The notes under the pieces are model-generated. The model worked only from the letters and a program-made list of their open reading frames with translations. It was not told where the DNA came from and did no database searches. Source: Obrimoposthia wandeli (Eukaryota). Taken from it: 64,000 nucleotides of DNA. This document shows positions 1-10,006 of this stretch, piece by piece. The stretch is from positions 3,100,001 to 3,164,000 of the forward strand of contig CDROCS010000506.1 in assembly GCA_977020255.1 (NCBI GenBank), given 5' to 3'. Numbering within the stretch: position 1 is the first letter of the stretch; each line of letters opens with the position of its first letter. The position numbers were made by a program, and so were the translations under genes.

Positions 1-73
1 GATTGCAGCGTTCTTATTCGTCATTCTTAGTATGGCAATTGGTGCGGGCTTCCTTTACGAATTTATCTTCTAG
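1..73 (+). CDS. 3' end of an ArsP/DUF318-family permease (partial, begins before the window)
   Basis: Frame from nt 2 reads IAAFLFVILSMAIGAGFLYEFIF-TAG, identical in protein to the C-terminus of 3834..4751. Not in the ORF track. Confidence 0.9.
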   Translation, partial: IAAFLFVILSMAIGAGFLYEFIF

Positions 74-115
74 GGCATTTGTTAGGTTATTTTTTAGGTT
101 ATCGTTAAGCAATAT

Positions 116-138
116 AAGGCCACATCGTTTGTGGCCTT
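116..138. terminator. Probable bidirectional intrinsic terminator
   Basis: AAGGCCACA-TCGTT-TGTGGCCTT followed by TTT, between convergent genes. Confidence 0.7.
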
Positions 139-161
139 TTTACTTTATGAGATTCTTTATA

Positions 162-1508
162 TTAAAATATCATGTGCGCACAAAGGGCGATGATAGGTAA
201 TGTAACCAGTGTACGCAGAATGAAGATTGCCATTAGTTCAACAATGTTCACTGGGATCTTGCTTGATAAGATAACCGAGCCCGTTTCTGACATAAAGATA
301 AGCTGAGAGATAGACAGTGCTGCAATCACGAATTTAGTGATGTCACTTTCAATCGTTGATGCGGCGATAATTGATGGTACATACATATCGGTAAAACCAA
401 CTAATACTGTTTCCGCTGCTGCTTGTGCTTCAGGTAGATTTAATAGCTCTAGCAGTGGTACAAACGGCACGCCTAACCAGGCGAATAATGGCGTCGTTTC
501 AGCAATAACCAAGCCCATTGTACCCACCGCCATGATCACCGGTAATACCCCAAACATCATATCTAATGAATTTTGTAAGCCTTCCACTACCGTCGATTTT
601 ACGCTGGTGACTTTGCTCGCTCTTTCTAGCGCTAATTGGTAACCATATTTAGCAGCTGACATTGATTCAGGAATAAGTTCGTTATCAAGATCAGGTTTAC
701 TGCCGTCAATGTAGGTATCTTTTTTATAGCTTAGCGGTGGCAGAAACTGAATAATCATTGCCGCGATAATACCTGACAGACAAATAGTTAAGTAGAAAGG
801 CACGAAATAATTTTCTAAACCTACCTGCGTTAATACCACTAACGAAAACGAAATACCGACAGGGGAAAACATGGTTGCTACGACAGCTGCTTCTCTCTTT
901 GTATATTTTTTTTCTTCATATTGTTTGCTGGTTAAAATCACACCCACGGTGCCGTCACCAAGCCATGATGAAATACAGTCAATTGCAGAACGACCAGGTA
1001 AACGAAATACAGGGCGCATTACCTTGCTTAACATCGTGCCGAGAAACTCTAATAGGCCGAAGTTTAATAATAATGGCAGTAATAAACCGGCAAAGAAAAA
1101 GGTAACAAGCAGTGATGGCAATAGATCATGCAATACCAGCCCGCCAGTATTAGCGCTCCAAATAAACTCTGGGCCAACCTGATACAGGGCGAATAATGTG
1201 AATACAGCACCAAGTACACGGATCACAACCCAAACTGGGGTCAGCATAAATAATCGCGTTAACAATGCAGAGTTAACAATAAAGGCAGGTTTGATTGTGT
1301 TAGCAAATACCGAGACCAGTGCTGACAAACAAATAATGGCGGTAATGAGTGGATGAATTGCGTCACCTAACAAACCCTTTACGCCACTCGCCATTAACGC
1401 CAGTGGAAAGGTAAAGTTACCATCAACGCTTAATGGTGCAAGAAAGAAAAACAACCCCATTAAAGACGGAATTAAAAACACTAATAAATTTTTTCTGGTA
1501 TCACTCAT
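162..1508 (-). CDS. YjiH-family / nucleoside-recognition (Gate) domain membrane transporter
   Basis: 448 aa polytopic protein; PGRSAIDCISSWLGDGTVGV and GFTDMYVP motifs are typical of YjiH-like transporters. Confidence 0.8.
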   Translation of the reverse strand: MSDTRKNLLVFLIPSLMGLFFFLAPLSVDGNFTFPLALMASGVKGLLGDAIHPLITAIICLSALVSVFANTIKPAFIVNSALLTRLFMLTPVWVVIRVLGAVFTLFALYQVGPEFIWSANTGGLVLHDLLPSLLVTFFFAGLLLPLLLNFGLLEFLGTMLSKVMRPVFRLPGRSAIDCISSWLGDGTVGVILTSKQYEEKKYTKREAAVVATMFSPVGISFSLVVLTQVGLENYFVPFYLTICLSGIIAAMIIQFLPPLSYKKDTYIDGSKPDLDNELIPESMSAAKYGYQLALERASKVTSVKSTVVEGLQNSLDMMFGVLPVIMAVGTMGLVIAETTPLFAWLGVPFVPLLELLNLPEAQAAAETVLVGFTDMYVPSIIAASTIESDITKFVIAALSISQLIFMSETGSVILSSKIPVNIVELMAIFILRTLVTLPIIALCAHMIF

Positions 1509-2084
1509 TAAATTCGCCTTGATTTTTTATTCATTAAAACTGAGTTTTTATTCTAGCTGGGCGATTTTACTTTTATATGACGCATAGTCAATATATAAAT
1601 CTGGTTATATTGTTAATAACCATACTCTGAGTTGTTGGTGGCGGTTTTTATATGTGAAACGTCTTTAATGGTGGTTTTTGAGTTGGAAATATAAGGGCGG
1701 GGGATATTTAAGAACACACGTGTGCCTTATAACAAAACTCCCTTAACAAAGCTTATATGAACAGAACCTGAACAAGGTTTAAATAATGTTACGACTGGTC
1801 ATATATTTAGCTGTTTAGTGAACAAAATGGTGGGGTAAGTAAAGTAAAGTCAGTAAGTTAGAGGTTAAGGTAAAGTACAGTAAGAAAATTTATTTTTGTT
1901 TGATTCCACTACATATTTTAAATATATTGGCGCCCATTGACAGGGTAGCACTTGATTTAATATACGATTTCAAATCGTTTCTTGCTATTGCAGTAACTGT
2001 CTTCTTAATCATCGACTTAACAATTAACGTAACGATTTATTTAATTATTATTTTAATTATCGCCTTAAAAAAATGGAATTGTTC

Positions 2085-3023
2085 ATGAATAATATCAATA
2101 AAGCATTATCTCTTACACTGACTGCACTGGTATCTACAGCTGCTGTTGCAGACGATAAAAGTACCGACGAATTTTCTTTTGGTGGACGTGTTGAAGCACA
2201 AGGTTTCCTTACTGATAGCCATTATAGCGATGAATTTACAGGCCGTTTACATGGCCAAGGTAAATACCAACTAAATGACGCTATCACGGCGGTTGGTAAA
2301 TTGGAGCTTGAATCAGAACTAACAAGCTTTTCATCTGATAAGTCATTTTCAGATTATACCCGTTATGCGTATGCGGGTGTTGAAACTGCTTACGGTACGC
2401 TAACATACGGTACGCAAGATAATGCGGTTACCTATCTAACAGACTTTACCGATATGGCTGAAGTGTATAGCGGTTATACCAACTCTAATATGATCGCAAG
2501 TGATGATCGCGCTGAAGATACGCTGCTTTATAGTGTGACCAAGGGGGATTTCAAATTTAATGCCTCAGCAAATTTAGACGATAATGAAAAAGGTGGCGGC
2601 GTGATGCTTGCTTATCAATTACGTCCGGATGTTGAAGTGAGTGCAGGTTATGCTGCAACTGAAAGAACTGGATTCTATACAGATTCATCAGAGGTATACA
2701 TGCTAGGTGCGCGTTATACTAAAGACGGTTTCTTACTGTCTGGTTTAGTGCAAAAAGGCACGGTATTCGATGATGACTTTAATGCTGTGGATGCATTTGC
2801 GTCTTATGGCTTTGGTGACAACACAGTTAGCCTTTCGTATAACTATTTAAGTGCTGATGCACGGGAAAATCTAGATATTAACTTCCTTGCAGTTGAATAT
2901 GGTCGTTATTTTGGTGGCGTCGCGCTATATACAGGTTATAAAGTCGCATTAGGCTCAGATACTTCAGCGTCGGTTGGTAAAAGTGCAGATGAGTTCATGC
3001 TAGGTGCACGTTACGAGTTCTAA
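2085..3023 (+). CDS. Gram-negative trimeric porin (OmpU/OmpC-like)
   Basis: Signal peptide, RYAYAGV-x-YGTLTYG and DFTD motifs, C-terminal GARYEF. ATG 2085 preferred over 2073 from RBS position. Confidence 0.85.
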   Translation: MNNINKALSLTLTALVSTAAVADDKSTDEFSFGGRVEAQGFLTDSHYSDEFTGRLHGQGKYQLNDAITAVGKLELESELTSFSSDKSFSDYTRYAYAGVETAYGTLTYGTQDNAVTYLTDFTDMAEVYSGYTNSNMIASDDRAEDTLLYSVTKGDFKFNASANLDDNEKGGGVMLAYQLRPDVEVSAGYAATERTGFYTDSSEVYMLGARYTKDGFLLSGLVQKGTVFDDDFNAVDAFASYGFGDNTVSLSYNYLSADARENLDINFLAVEYGRYFGGVALYTGYKVALGSDTSASVGKSADEFMLGARYEF

Positions 3024-3083
3024 TTTTATCTCAAGATCAAAAAAGCCCCCAAGGAAGGAGGCTAATCACAATAAAGCGTATGA

Positions 3084-3452
3084 TTATACTTTTGCTGGTG
3101 CAGCTTTTAATTCGCTGATCATTGCAGTCAGTTGGTCAATTTTAGCTTCTACTTCATTCAATTTTGAGCCTTGAACACCAGTAAAACGACTTGTGATACT
3201 TTGCGCTTTGCTTTCAATTGAGTCTAATGTGATTTTTTTAGCAAAAAGACCAGACGTTTTTTCTTTTAGTTTCGGTTCAACTTGCGTACCGCGTTCAACA
3301 AGAGATTCAAAAAGTTGCGTTGCTTTATCTGATGATTTTGATGCGCCATCAAGGATAGTGCCATAAACGCCAAAACCAGCAGTGATAGATGTTTTTGCTG
3401 TGTCTTTTGCGACAGTTAAGATAGTTTTTGCTTGGTTAAGTAAGTTACTCAT
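3084..3452 (-). CDS. Phasin-like (PhaI/PhaF-type granule-associated) protein
   Basis: AGFGVYG...F-x-x-LVERG motif and amphipathic helices; AGGAG 8 nt upstream of ATG 3452. Confidence 0.65.
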   Translation of the reverse strand: MSNLLNQAKTILTVAKDTAKTSITAGFGVYGTILDGASKSSDKATQLFESLVERGTQVEPKLKEKTSGLFAKKITLDSIESKAQSITSRFTGVQGSKLNEVEAKIDQLTAMISELKAAPAKV

Positions 3453-3557
3453 GATAATCACTCCTAGTTTAATAATTTAGATTAAGGTTTGTTTCAACTG
3501 AGTTAATCATATTGGTTTTATTTAGAAATATAATTCCAGAGTACGAAATAAATTAAT

Positions 3558-3585
3558 TATCTATCTATCTATCTATCTATCTATC
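3558..3585. repeat. (TATC)7 microsatellite
   Basis: Seven perfect TATC units in the intergenic region. Confidence 0.95.
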
Positions 3586-3729
3586 AACCACCACCATCAA
3601 TAAGTAACAGCCAATCGCCAACAACTAACCATCTATGCCGTGTTTAGCAATAACATCAATACCCATACGCCCACTCATCACCCTGTAACCCATCCCATGT
3701 ACACCTATTGATTGTAATATTAGAAAATC

Positions 3730-3807
3730 ATTTCGATAAATGTGGAAATAAGTTTGACAGTGCTTTTTAAGATCGGTATATTACAACTATTCCAGAAACA
3801 TCGAAAT
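3730..3807 (+). promoter_or_regulatory. Sigma70 promoter flanked by two putative ArsR-type operators
   Basis: TTGACA (3754-3759)-N17-TATATT (3777-3782). Operators ATTTC-N10-GAAAT at 3730-3749 and TATTC-N10-GAAAT at 3788-3807. Confidence 0.7.
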
Positions 3808-3833
3808 GAAAAGCGAAGCGAAAGGCACTTATT

Positions 3834-4751
3834 ATGATAAACATTACACAAGACATGGTCATGGACACGTTAGGTATGTTCGCATTCTTAGCTGTTGAAC
3901 TAACAATTTTATTTTTAGTGATTAGTTACATTGTTGGGGTACTACAAGAGTATATTCCACCATCAAAAATCCAAAGTATTCTAAGCGGTAAAAACGGTAG
4001 AGGTTACATTGTTGCTGGTTTACTGGGTGCGATCACACCGTTCTGTTCATGCTCTACTATTCCTTTTCTTAAAGGCCTGTTAAGAGCAAAAGCGGGGTTT
4101 GGTACTATGATGGTATTCTTGTTCGCAAGCCCACTGTTAAACCCAATCATTATTGGTTTGTTTGCCGTCACGTTCGGCCTTAAAGTCACTGTTTTCTATT
4201 TTGTGATCGCAATGGGTGTATCGGTTATCGCTGGTTACACATTAGAAAAACTAGGCTTTGAAAAATACGTGAGAGCGGAAGCGTACATGACGCCAGAAGC
4301 AAAAGGTTGTGCAACAGCCTGTGGTGGCAAAAAAGCGCCAGTGAACAAATGGATGCGTATTTGGAACACGACTTGGGTTGATTTCAAAAAAGTAGTCCCG
4401 TATTTAGTCGGTGGTATTGCACTTGGTTCAATGATTTATGGCTTTATGCCAACGGAATTTGTAGCAAGTGTGGCGAGTGCAGACAACCCATTCGCTATCC
4501 CAATTGCAGCGGTAATCGGTATTCCACTTTATATTAGAGCTGAAGCTGTTATTCCTCTCAGTGCCGCATTAGCAGCAAAAGGCATGGGACTCGGCGCGGT
4601 AATGGCATTGATTATTGGTAGTGCAGGTGCAAGTTTAACTGAAGTGATTTTACTTAAATCTATCTTCAAAAACCAAATGATTGCAGCGTTCTTATTTGTA
4701 ATCTTGAGCATGGCAATTGGCGCAGGCTTCTTATACGAATTCATATTCTAG
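3834..4751 (+). CDS. ArsP/DUF318-family predicted permease
   Basis: 305 aa; TPFCSCSTIP motif, Cys-rich central loop GCATACGG, GIPLYIRAEAVIP second repeat. Confidence 0.88.
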   Translation: MINITQDMVMDTLGMFAFLAVELTILFLVISYIVGVLQEYIPPSKIQSILSGKNGRGYIVAGLLGAITPFCSCSTIPFLKGLLRAKAGFGTMMVFLFASPLLNPIIIGLFAVTFGLKVTVFYFVIAMGVSVIAGYTLEKLGFEKYVRAEAYMTPEAKGCATACGGKKAPVNKWMRIWNTTWVDFKKVVPYLVGGIALGSMIYGFMPTEFVASVASADNPFAIPIAAVIGIPLYIRAEAVIPLSAALAAKGMGLGAVMALIIGSAGASLTEVILLKSIFKNQMIAAFLFVILSMAIGAGFLYEFIF

Positions 4752-4768
4752 GTCTAAAAAGGCCACAC

Positions 4769-4816
4769 AAAGTGGCATTGTAAATAATGCTGTGTAATTA
4801 TTTACAGTGCCACTTT
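4769..4816 (+). terminator. Long 20-bp stem hairpin downstream of the permease
   Basis: AAAGTGGCATTGTAAATAAT / ATTATTTACAGTGCCACTTT inverted repeat with one G-U pair. Confidence 0.6.
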
Positions 4817-5088
4817 GAAGTAAACCTAATGTATTTAAAGGTTTTAATTTAAACCTTGCCCCTTGTGACACATCTACACGCCTTTACCGTTCGCTGTGTA
4901 GCATGCTTCTTCGCACTTGGTACTACCGATGAGAAGTTTAAGACCAATCTGCCTCCGAGATCCAAATTACTCCCTCTATATAGTTAGATGAAGGTCACAA
5001 ATAACAGACTAAAGACTTAAGTCTAAATATCTAATCGATATAAGACCATATAGAATATGGCTTTTGATTTATATTAAACGGAATTTAC

Positions 5089-6408
5089 ATGAAAATTAAA
5101 TTAATAGCTTTATCAGTTATTTTAGCGTTGACAGGGTGTGATGATGATAACTCAAATGCTCAGGGATCTCAGGGGAGCTTATCTACATTTACATTTATAG
5201 ATGAACCCGTTAAAGGTCTTTATTATGAATCTGGCACTAACGTTGGCTGTACAGATCAAGATGGTAAGTACAAGGTAAACAAAGACCAACCTGTTAGCTT
5301 CTCTATCGGGAAATGCGATGAGCTAAACCAAGTAATATCTGGTAACAGTAATAAGGTAGAAATTGGCTTTGTTGAGAAACCAAACTCACTCACTACACCT
5401 TATGACTTGAAAGTAAATATTTCAACAAATGTGGCTGATGTAAATCCGATCGCGATTGCTTCAATATTGAAATCACTAAATACCAGTACTGATGATGTAA
5501 GATTAGATCTATCAGGTATAAAATTAAATGAGAATGGTGTTGATACGCGGTCAGCACTTAAAGGTTTAATATCGGAGCCAGGTAAAGATATCTCAACGGT
5601 ATTAAACCCTGGACTATTTACCCAATTACAAACAGTAAATAGCAATAGCAACAAAGCCTTCAAGAATACAGAATTTGTAGACGAAGCGACTGTTGAAAGT
5701 CAACTATCTCAAACCATTAAAGATTACGCTCAACCTGCCCTATTTACTGTGGGTGATGTAGCTGAGAGCTATATTGTGACTTCAAACAATGAAGCCTATT
5801 TTTTCAATCGCGATGAGGGTGATGATGGCAGTTTTTCAGCCCATGGCGTTGGAACAAAATATATATATAGCAATGGATTGGATTTAACCGCTTTAAACAT
5901 CGATACATGGGGCATACTAAGTCAGCCTTTTGGTAGTATTGGAGATATAGGCGATCTTTATATCGCTCAAGGTACTGTCATCGATAAATTGAAATCAGAA
6001 AGTAATGCTTGGTTGGTTGATAACAGTACGAGTTCAATTGAAACTTGGCATAAAGGCGTGTCGGTCACCGATTTGTCTGTATTAACTGGTGATTACATTT
6101 CAAAACCGGGTAGTGAATACGGCTTTAAGTTCACTTTCAAGTTTGTAAATGATGAGTTTACTCTGACTCAAACTAATGACAATAAAGATCCAAATGTCGG
6201 TGTACATTTTAGCGAGTCAAACGTAATTGTCGCCGATATTGTTTTAGGGAAAACGCATGTTAAATTTTCAAGCACACCGATTGAATACGTTATTATCCCT
6301 ACATCATCAGATGGAATGAATATCGCTTTATTAGCTAAAAGCACTTTTGCACCGAATTATCCAGATAATCCATATGCATTAGTCGACCGTCTAATCAAAT
6401 TAAAATAG
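5089..6408 (+). CDS. Hypothetical secreted lipoprotein
   Basis: Lipobox LALTG-C followed by an acidic/Ser-rich linker and FIDEPVKGLYY...TDQDGKY...FSIG N-terminal module seen in marine lipoproteins; function unknown. Confidence 0.75.
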   Translation: MKIKLIALSVILALTGCDDDNSNAQGSQGSLSTFTFIDEPVKGLYYESGTNVGCTDQDGKYKVNKDQPVSFSIGKCDELNQVISGNSNKVEIGFVEKPNSLTTPYDLKVNISTNVADVNPIAIASILKSLNTSTDDVRLDLSGIKLNENGVDTRSALKGLISEPGKDISTVLNPGLFTQLQTVNSNSNKAFKNTEFVDEATVESQLSQTIKDYAQPALFTVGDVAESYIVTSNNEAYFFNRDEGDDGSFSAHGVGTKYIYSNGLDLTALNIDTWGILSQPFGSIGDIGDLYIAQGTVIDKLKSESNAWLVDNSTSSIETWHKGVSVTDLSVLTGDYISKPGSEYGFKFTFKFVNDEFTLTQTNDNKDPNVGVHFSESNVIVADIVLGKTHVKFSSTPIEYVIIPTSSDGMNIALLAKSTFAPNYPDNPYALVDRLIKLK

Positions 6409-6423
6409 GTTGACGTAATTAGT

Positions 6424-6451
6424 CAATGGAGGCTCTCTGAAGCCTCCATTG
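6424..6451. terminator. Hairpin between convergent genes
   Basis: CAATGGAGGCT-CTCTGA-AGCCTCCATTG, perfect 11-bp stem. Confidence 0.7.
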
Positions 6452-6544
6452 AGACAGTCATATCTAATAACAGTTAGCAAGGTTCTTTGGTAAGGTTAGC
6501 TAGCTATATCTGTATTACGACGACAACAAGCTAGCAAACTATTA

Positions 6545-6985
6545 TTATACCGACGCTACTATTTCAGGTAGGCATTTTCGGCTAATAATAACGGCTCTGA
6601 CGTTGTCGTACACCCAGTTAAAGATAAAAGCATAAAGAGTAATGAAAACAGTCACCACAATATCCATCATAAAGGCATCTACAATGCTGATAGTTAAAAT
6701 GTAAGCCATCACAGGTACGGTGAGTATCAATAGCCCCGCTTCAAAAATAATGACATGAAATAACCGCAGTTTTAGGGTTCTTTTGTCTTTATCCCCAGGG
6801 AAGAATAGATCGAATAGCCAATTAAATAAGAAATTCCATACCATGGCCATACTGGCGATGACTATCATGGTTCCTGATAATACTTGTGGATCATGATTGG
6901 TAAATATTATTAATCCTAAGATAGAAAGAGAGACCGCTAATACTTCAAATAGTAGGGCGTGAAAAATACGTTCTAGTGTCGACAT
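6545..6985 (-). CDS. PACE (AceI-family) efflux transporter
   Basis: ERIFHALLFE, WNFLFNWLFD, RLFHVIIFEAGL and YAFIFNWVYD repeats diagnostic of PACE. Confidence 0.9.
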   Translation of the reverse strand: MSTLERIFHALLFEVLAVSLSILGLIIFTNHDPQVLSGTMIVIASMAMVWNFLFNWLFDLFFPGDKDKRTLKLRLFHVIIFEAGLLILTVPVMAYILTISIVDAFMMDIVVTVFITLYAFIFNWVYDNVRAVIISRKCLPEIVASV

Positions 6986-6995
6986 CGTTATCTCT

Positions 6996-7037
6996 TTATC
7001 AGTTAAGTGTTATCAGTTAAGTGTTATCAGTTAAGTG
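6996..7037. repeat. 3 x 14-bp tandem repeat TTATCAGTTAAGTG
   Basis: Three perfect copies immediately upstream of the PACE start codon. Confidence 0.95.
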
Positions 7038-7167
7038 CATTTTATTTTTCAAATGTGCTTGGTAAGCATGGCGAGGATTATGGCATTGGTGTGATTGACT
7101 GCAAAGTTAACAACCATCACTAAGTGTGATAGCTTGAGTGATTAATGGTCATGTGGGTAGAAAGCTG

Positions 7168-8052
7168 ATGTACAGTTTTGAGCAACTTAAAATATTTGTT
7201 TGTGTGTGCGAGAGTGGATCTTTTTCAGCTGCGGCTCGACAATTAAAGCGGGCACAATCAGGTGTGAGCCAATCCATCTCTAATCTCGAAATTGCGGTCA
7301 ATCAAGTGCTCTTTTTACGAGATAAAAATACGCCGGTGTTAACCGATAATGGCAAAGCATTATTGCCTATTGCCCGCGCGATCCTGCATCAGCAACATTT
7401 TTTCGATCAAAAAATAGAAGCATTAACTAGCGGTGATGAACATGAATTGGTGATCGCCATTGATGAAAGTGCCGTTAATCCGTTTTTGCTCGATTTACTC
7501 AGTGAATGCGCAGGGCGATTTCCGTTAACGCATATTGAAATTTTATTAGACACGACGTTTAATGTTGAAGAGATGGTGCGAAGTGGCAGAGCACAAATAG
7601 GCATCATTTATTTTAATGGCGCACTGAAAAGCGATATGGACCATTATATTATCGGTCACCAAAAATTTATTACCATGGTTTCTCCCGACCATGCTTTGAC
7701 GACGTTATCTCAAGTTAAAGAAGCTGATTTACAAGCGCATCGTCAAATCGTGTACCGCGGTGTGGAGTATAAAGAGTTGTGGTTTAGCTATGGTATCAGC
7801 ACGCATGCTTGGTATACGAATACCCATCAAATGCTGTTGGAACTGGCGACTCGTGGTGTTGGCTGGGCGGTCGTACCCGAGAGTATGGCTACGCCTTATT
7901 TACTTGATAAAAGGCTGGTGGCATTGCCTGTCGTATTCGAGCCCGATGGTTGGATGACGGCTGTCGGATGCTTGGTATCAAGACGGCAGAAGAGGGGGCC
8001 AGTGTTGGGGCATATCTTGTCAATGTTGCAGACTAAATATGATGTAAGGTAA
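7168..8052 (+). CDS. LysR-family regulator (AceR-like, divergent from PACE)
   Basis: YSFEQLKIF...GSFSAAARQLKRAQSGVSQSISNLE HTH; ATG 7168 preferred. Confidence 0.9.
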   Translation: MYSFEQLKIFVCVCESGSFSAAARQLKRAQSGVSQSISNLEIAVNQVLFLRDKNTPVLTDNGKALLPIARAILHQQHFFDQKIEALTSGDEHELVIAIDESAVNPFLLDLLSECAGRFPLTHIEILLDTTFNVEEMVRSGRAQIGIIYFNGALKSDMDHYIIGHQKFITMVSPDHALTTLSQVKEADLQAHRQIVYRGVEYKELWFSYGISTHAWYTNTHQMLLELATRGVGWAVVPESMATPYLLDKRLVALPVVFEPDGWMTAVGCLVSRRQKRGPVLGHILSMLQTKYDVR

Positions 8053-8137
8053 ACCGCGGTGATTTGTGCTTTGCTTGTGGTGACAATAAGTGTTTTTTTA
8101 GATAGTGTTATAAATAGTTTTATAACGGGTATGAAAT

Positions 8138-8896
8138 CTAGAACGCGTACAAAAGTGTCATGTTAGTTTCAGTGTCCGTGCTTTCTTTATTGTCGAGAGG
8201 CGCGTTGTTATAACGTACCACAACAGAAAATTTCATTGCTAAGGCATCGATAATGGTTGCTGTTATTGACGTTTCAGACCGCCCTTCGAATATTTCACCA
8301 TACTCGGCAACAAACATCTGCTGGAACTTAGAACTGGTTGATATTCTCGTTTCATAATTCATGACGCCGTGAGCTACCCATGTCTTTTCTGTATCATAAC
8401 CGGCTTCAGCGGCACTCTCGTCGTCTAAACGTTTAAACTTATAACCTGGACCGACTTCGATATTAAGTTGGTTTTTATCATTATTAATAAATTTATGCCC
8501 GTAACCAGACGCAATCGTTGAGTCAGAAGTAAAACCCGTGAAAGGATCGACTTCATGCTCTGATGCCACAAATATATAGTTGATATTCGATAACTGATAG
8601 TTGCCCTGTAAACGGCCAAGATAACGTTTACCGGTGACTTGACCTGCATCTTTTTTGTATAACGCTTCAAACACATACTGGTTTTCCCAGTTACCCAATT
8701 CGTGGTTGATGTCTAAACGGGCTTTTACCGACGTCGTTTCTGTATTACCTGTGGTGATCGTTGCCCCTAATTCGGCATCACCACCAAAGGTATTTTTATC
8801 CTCGGAGACATCGGTATCGACTTGGGCTAAACAAGAAGTGGTGATTAAAAAAGGTGCTGCCATTAAAAGAGCAGACGCTACGCGCATTGTTTTCAT
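8138..8896 (-). CDS. DUF481 (YdiY-like) outer-membrane beta-barrel protein
   Basis: Signal peptide, AELGATITTGNTET, GYGHKF, EVGPGYK, C-terminal LLYAF. Confidence 0.85.
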   Translation of the reverse strand: MKTMRVASALLMAAPFLITTSCLAQVDTDVSEDKNTFGGDAELGATITTGNTETTSVKARLDINHELGNWENQYVFEALYKKDAGQVTGKRYLGRLQGNYQLSNINYIFVASEHEVDPFTGFTSDSTIASGYGHKFINNDKNQLNIEVGPGYKFKRLDDESAAEAGYDTEKTWVAHGVMNYETRISTSSKFQQMFVAEYGEIFEGRSETSITATIIDALAMKFSVVVRYNNAPLDNKESTDTETNMTLLYAF

Positions 8897-9286
8897 TACT
8901 GGACTCTCAATATTTAATCTATTGCCGGCTTAATGAGTATATTCATAATCGACTAATGTGCCCAATGATCGCCGCTGTCATGCGTATTAATACCTGATTT
9001 ACTGATTTCTTAACCAACAAGCACATCGGCGTCGATATAAATTAATTATATTGCGTCGTTTGTGAATAGGCCTATTTGGCGTTAACTAAGCTAATTTCGT
9101 GGTCAATAAACGCATTTGTGCATTGAAATTAATTTCTTTGTCGGAATATAATTTCGCTTGAGATAAACGTTTTACATCGCTACGTTCGATTTAATTAAAA
9201 ATTTGATAGACGATTCTAATGTTATAGATTAAATTAATGATGGAAATAATATTGCTATTAATATTATACATTTAAATGGATTTATC

Positions 9287-9448
9287 ATGAAAACTTTTGC
9301 TAAATTAGCTGTTGTTGCTTTCACTTTTACTATTCTTTCTGGCTGTACTGGTACTACTTACAACGCAGATAAAAGCTGTGGTGCAGATTACCTGATCCAC
9401 CCTGCAATCTCTGTACCTGGTATGATCGGCGCATGTGAAGCGAAATAA
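9287..9448 (+). CDS. yhfL: Small DUF4223/YhfL-family lipoprotein, copy 1 (53 aa)
   Basis: MKTFAKLAVVAFTFTILSG-CTGTTYNADKSCGADYLIHPAISVPGMIGACEAK. Lipobox plus C-x2-DYL-x-HPAIS-x4-IG-x-C, as in E. coli YhfL. Below the ORF-track cutoff. Confidence 0.88.
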   Translation: MKTFAKLAVVAFTFTILSGCTGTTYNADKSCGADYLIHPAISVPGMIGACEAK

Positions 9449-9489
9449 TTTTTATTACGGGCATACACATTGCTCGTCGTGATAATTTA

Positions 9490-9517
9490 AAAAAGGCTAT
9501 CAAGTGATAGCCTTTTT
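9490..9517 (+). terminator. Intrinsic terminator after copy 1
   Basis: AAAAAGGCTATC-AAGT-GATAGCCTTTTT. Confidence 0.85.
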
Positions 9518-9775
9518 ATTTGCATTTTTTTCATCCAAGTCTTGTTTAACCCTCTCTTCTGTTACCTCTACTGCCAACGACAATATGGATATAAGGGTCG
9601 TTATTTTTTAAATTAGCAAACAAGTGTATGATTTTTAACCGTTTCAAGTACTATTTTGACTTGGTTAACACTTTAGAGGTGGAAAGTTCAATATTTTATT
9701 GGATGTTTTAGTGCCATGCGTTACATTACGCGGGAATAATATTGCTTTAATATTATATACTTAAAAGGCTTTACC

Positions 9776-9937
9776 ATGAAAACTTTTGCTAAATTAGCTG
9801 TTGTTGCTTTCACTTTTACTATTCTTTCTGGCTGTACTGGTACTACTTACAACGCAGATAAAAGCTGTGGTGCAGATTACCTGATCCACCCTGCAATCTC
9901 TGTACCTGCAATGATCGGCGCATGTGACGCTAAATAA
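9776..9937 (+). CDS. yhfL: Small DUF4223/YhfL-family lipoprotein, copy 2 (53 aa)
   Basis: Same as copy 1 except G45A and E51D (...SVPAMIGACDAK). Confidence 0.88.
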   Translation: MKTFAKLAVVAFTFTILSGCTGTTYNADKSCGADYLIHPAISVPAMIGACDAK

Positions 9938-9978
9938 TTTTTGTTACGGGCATCGATATTGCTCGTAGTAATTATGTC

Positions 9979-10006
9979 AAAAAGGCTATCAAGTGATAGC
10001 CTTTTT
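9979..10006 (+). terminator. Intrinsic terminator after copy 2
   Basis: Identical hairpin AAAAAGGCTATC-AAGT-GATAGCCTTTTT. Confidence 0.85.

Noticed and set aside
3-200. 65-aa ORF in the track
   Set aside because: Wrong frame; the real coding frame starts at nt 2 and ends at 73 (permease C-terminus), and the ORF runs through a terminator.
6996-7037. Tandem repeats considered as CRISPR arrays (also 31542-31597)
   Set aside because: Units are contiguous without unique spacers, too short, and no cas genes are present.
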